IMG/VR virus record: IMGVR_UViG_3300045988_097954
Coordinates: 1,532-65,531 of that record
DNA: 64,000 bases
Source of the DNA: a virus
Reading direction: 5' to 3' (one strand)
Below, one piece after another: positions 62,968 to 64,000 of the stretch (position 1 is its first letter; each line of letters opens with the position of its first letter). Under the pieces are notes generated by a model. That model had not been told where the DNA came from, did not search any database, and was given only the letters and a program-made list of their open reading frames with translations. The translations under genes and the position numbers were made by a program.

Positions 62968-63150
62968 ATGACACGTGCGGAACAATTAAAAGACATTAAA
63001 GAAATTATTCAAAATGAATTAGATTATAGAGTATGTCAAAATGAACTGAGTGCAGATAGTTCACTATATGACATGCTAGAGGGTAATAACTTCCAAGCCC
63101 TTAAAGGTCTATACCGCCGTTTATTTGGGTATGGATACGACGAGTTTTAA
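62968..63150 (+). CDS. small hypothetical early-type protein
   Basis: RBS TAGGAGG. Confidence 0.55.
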   Translation: MTRAEQLKDIKEIIQNELDYRVCQNELSADSSLYDMLEGNNFQALKGLYRRLFGYGYDEF

Positions 63151-63165
63151 GAAAGGGGAGTTACA

Positions 63166-63450
63166 ATGATTTTAAAAGAAAATGAATGTAAACAATTATT
63201 TCAACGCGGTGTTTATGTAATAAAACGAAATGCAAGAGATAAAGACACATGGAATAAAATTTTATTGTTGTCTCAATCATTAGATGTTTTTTGTGATTTA
63301 GATTATGAAAAAGACAATATTATGAATTACATGTTTGATATTTTGCACGCATTTTTAAAACACTATAAAAAACGTTTAACACAAACGCAAGGCAATGCGT
63401 TCAAAACCGCGGTATTATGTCAAGTGCAAGCCGTTATAGTTGCACGATAG
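63166..63450 (+). CDS. hypothetical early-type protein
   Basis: RBS GGGGAG. Confidence 0.55.
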   Translation: MILKENECKQLFQRGVYVIKRNARDKDTWNKILLLSQSLDVFCDLDYEKDNIMNYMFDILHAFLKHYKKRLTQTQGNAFKTAVLCQVQAVIVAR

Positions 63451-63471
63451 TTTATACGGAGGTATAAGCAT

Positions 63472-63597
63472 ATGTCTTTATCAGAAGTTTTAAACATTCT
63501 CAACCTAGGCGGAGCGTTGGTATTCGCCTATGTGGTGGTACGCATGATTAAACATGCGTATGAGTCATTGTCTTTAGTCAAGAGGGTGAACAGATGA
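63472..63597 (+). CDS. small membrane protein (41 aa)
   Basis: MSLSEVLNILNLGGALVFAYVVVRMIK..; RBS GGAGG; ATGA coupling to the next ORF. Confidence 0.45.
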   Translation: MSLSEVLNILNLGGALVFAYVVVRMIKHAYESLSLVKRVNR

Positions 63598-63935
63598 AGT
63601 TATATCAATATCAAAAAGACTATATTTATAGTCAATTAGAAAATTTTCATAGTGAAAAAGAATGTCAAGTAATTTTAAAAATATTTGAGGTGATGTATAA
63701 TCTAGGGCAAAGACTATCAATGACATCAGTCGAAGTTATTGAAGAGACAGCAAGTATTAATCATTTGGGTGACAAAATACCCTATTGGCTTTATAATGTG
63801 ATACCATATGAAGACTTTTGTAATTATATAGAGTCTTTAGATGTTATACAATTAGGTGAAGACTTTATAAAACTTGATGAAGGTATTTACTTTGAAATAT
63901 CTGATATTGTTAATTTTGTATATGGGAGTAAATAA
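63594..63935 (+). CDS. hypothetical early-type protein
   Basis: RBS AGAGGGTG. Confidence 0.55.
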   Translation: MKLYQYQKDYIYSQLENFHSEKECQVILKIFEVMYNLGQRLSMTSVEVIEETASINHLGDKIPYWLYNVIPYEDFCNYIESLDVIQLGEDFIKLDEGIYFEISDIVNFVYGSK

Positions 63936-63936
63936 A

Positions 63937-64000
63937 ATGGATACTAAAGATATTATGGATTTATACGAAGAAAACAGCGCTTACACATTAAGCGAGTTTA
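63937..64000 (+). CDS. hypothetical protein, 3' end outside window
   Basis: ATG 63937 follows GGGAG; open to the window end. Confidence 0.4.
   Translation, partial: MDTKDIMDLYEENSAYTLSEF

Overview
The window looks like most of the genome of an AT-rich tailed dsDNA phage with a siphovirus-like, lambda-type tail tip. Genes are tightly packed behind ACAGGAGG-type ribosome-binding sites, and consensus TTGACA-17-TATAAT promoters are frequent. Layout: (1) 1-3180 is an ORF-poor, repeat-rich left arm carrying small early-type ORFs, operator-like palindromes, an ACAATCGT repeat array and a possible late-promoter-driven ncRNA. (2) 3190-3985 (-) holds a small membrane protein and a short tyrosine recombinase. 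(3) 4091-27855 (+) is the packaging, head, tail and lysis block: TerL, portal, scaffold, capsid, tail tube, frameshifted chaperone, a 1647-aa tape measure, K/M/L/J-like tip proteins, an LRR fibre, holin and amidase. (4) 27966-32768 (-) is a dnaE-type polymerase interrupted by both a group I intron carrying an HNH ORF and an HNH-containing intein. (5) 32806-60348 (+) is the replication, nucleotide-metabolism and accessory block: SSB, an iteron region, primase, an MTase-like protein, an unrecognised triplicated protein family, a DnaB-like helicase, a tRNA operon, a Cas4-like nuclease, dNMP kinase, RusA, dUTPase, a sigma-like protein, a phosphoesterase, ThyX and many small ORFs. (6) 60350-64000 is a second repeat-rich arm with an sRNA candidate, AT-rich tandem repeats and more small early-type ORFs. 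The most interesting items are the FETNSSS-motif paralog array fused to DUF2829-like domains, the non-canonical tRNA-like RNAs packed among six canonical tRNAs, a 35-nt late-promoter-like motif present three times, and the shared regulatory repeats of the two arms. All calls come from reading the sequence and ORF track by eye; no database search was possible.
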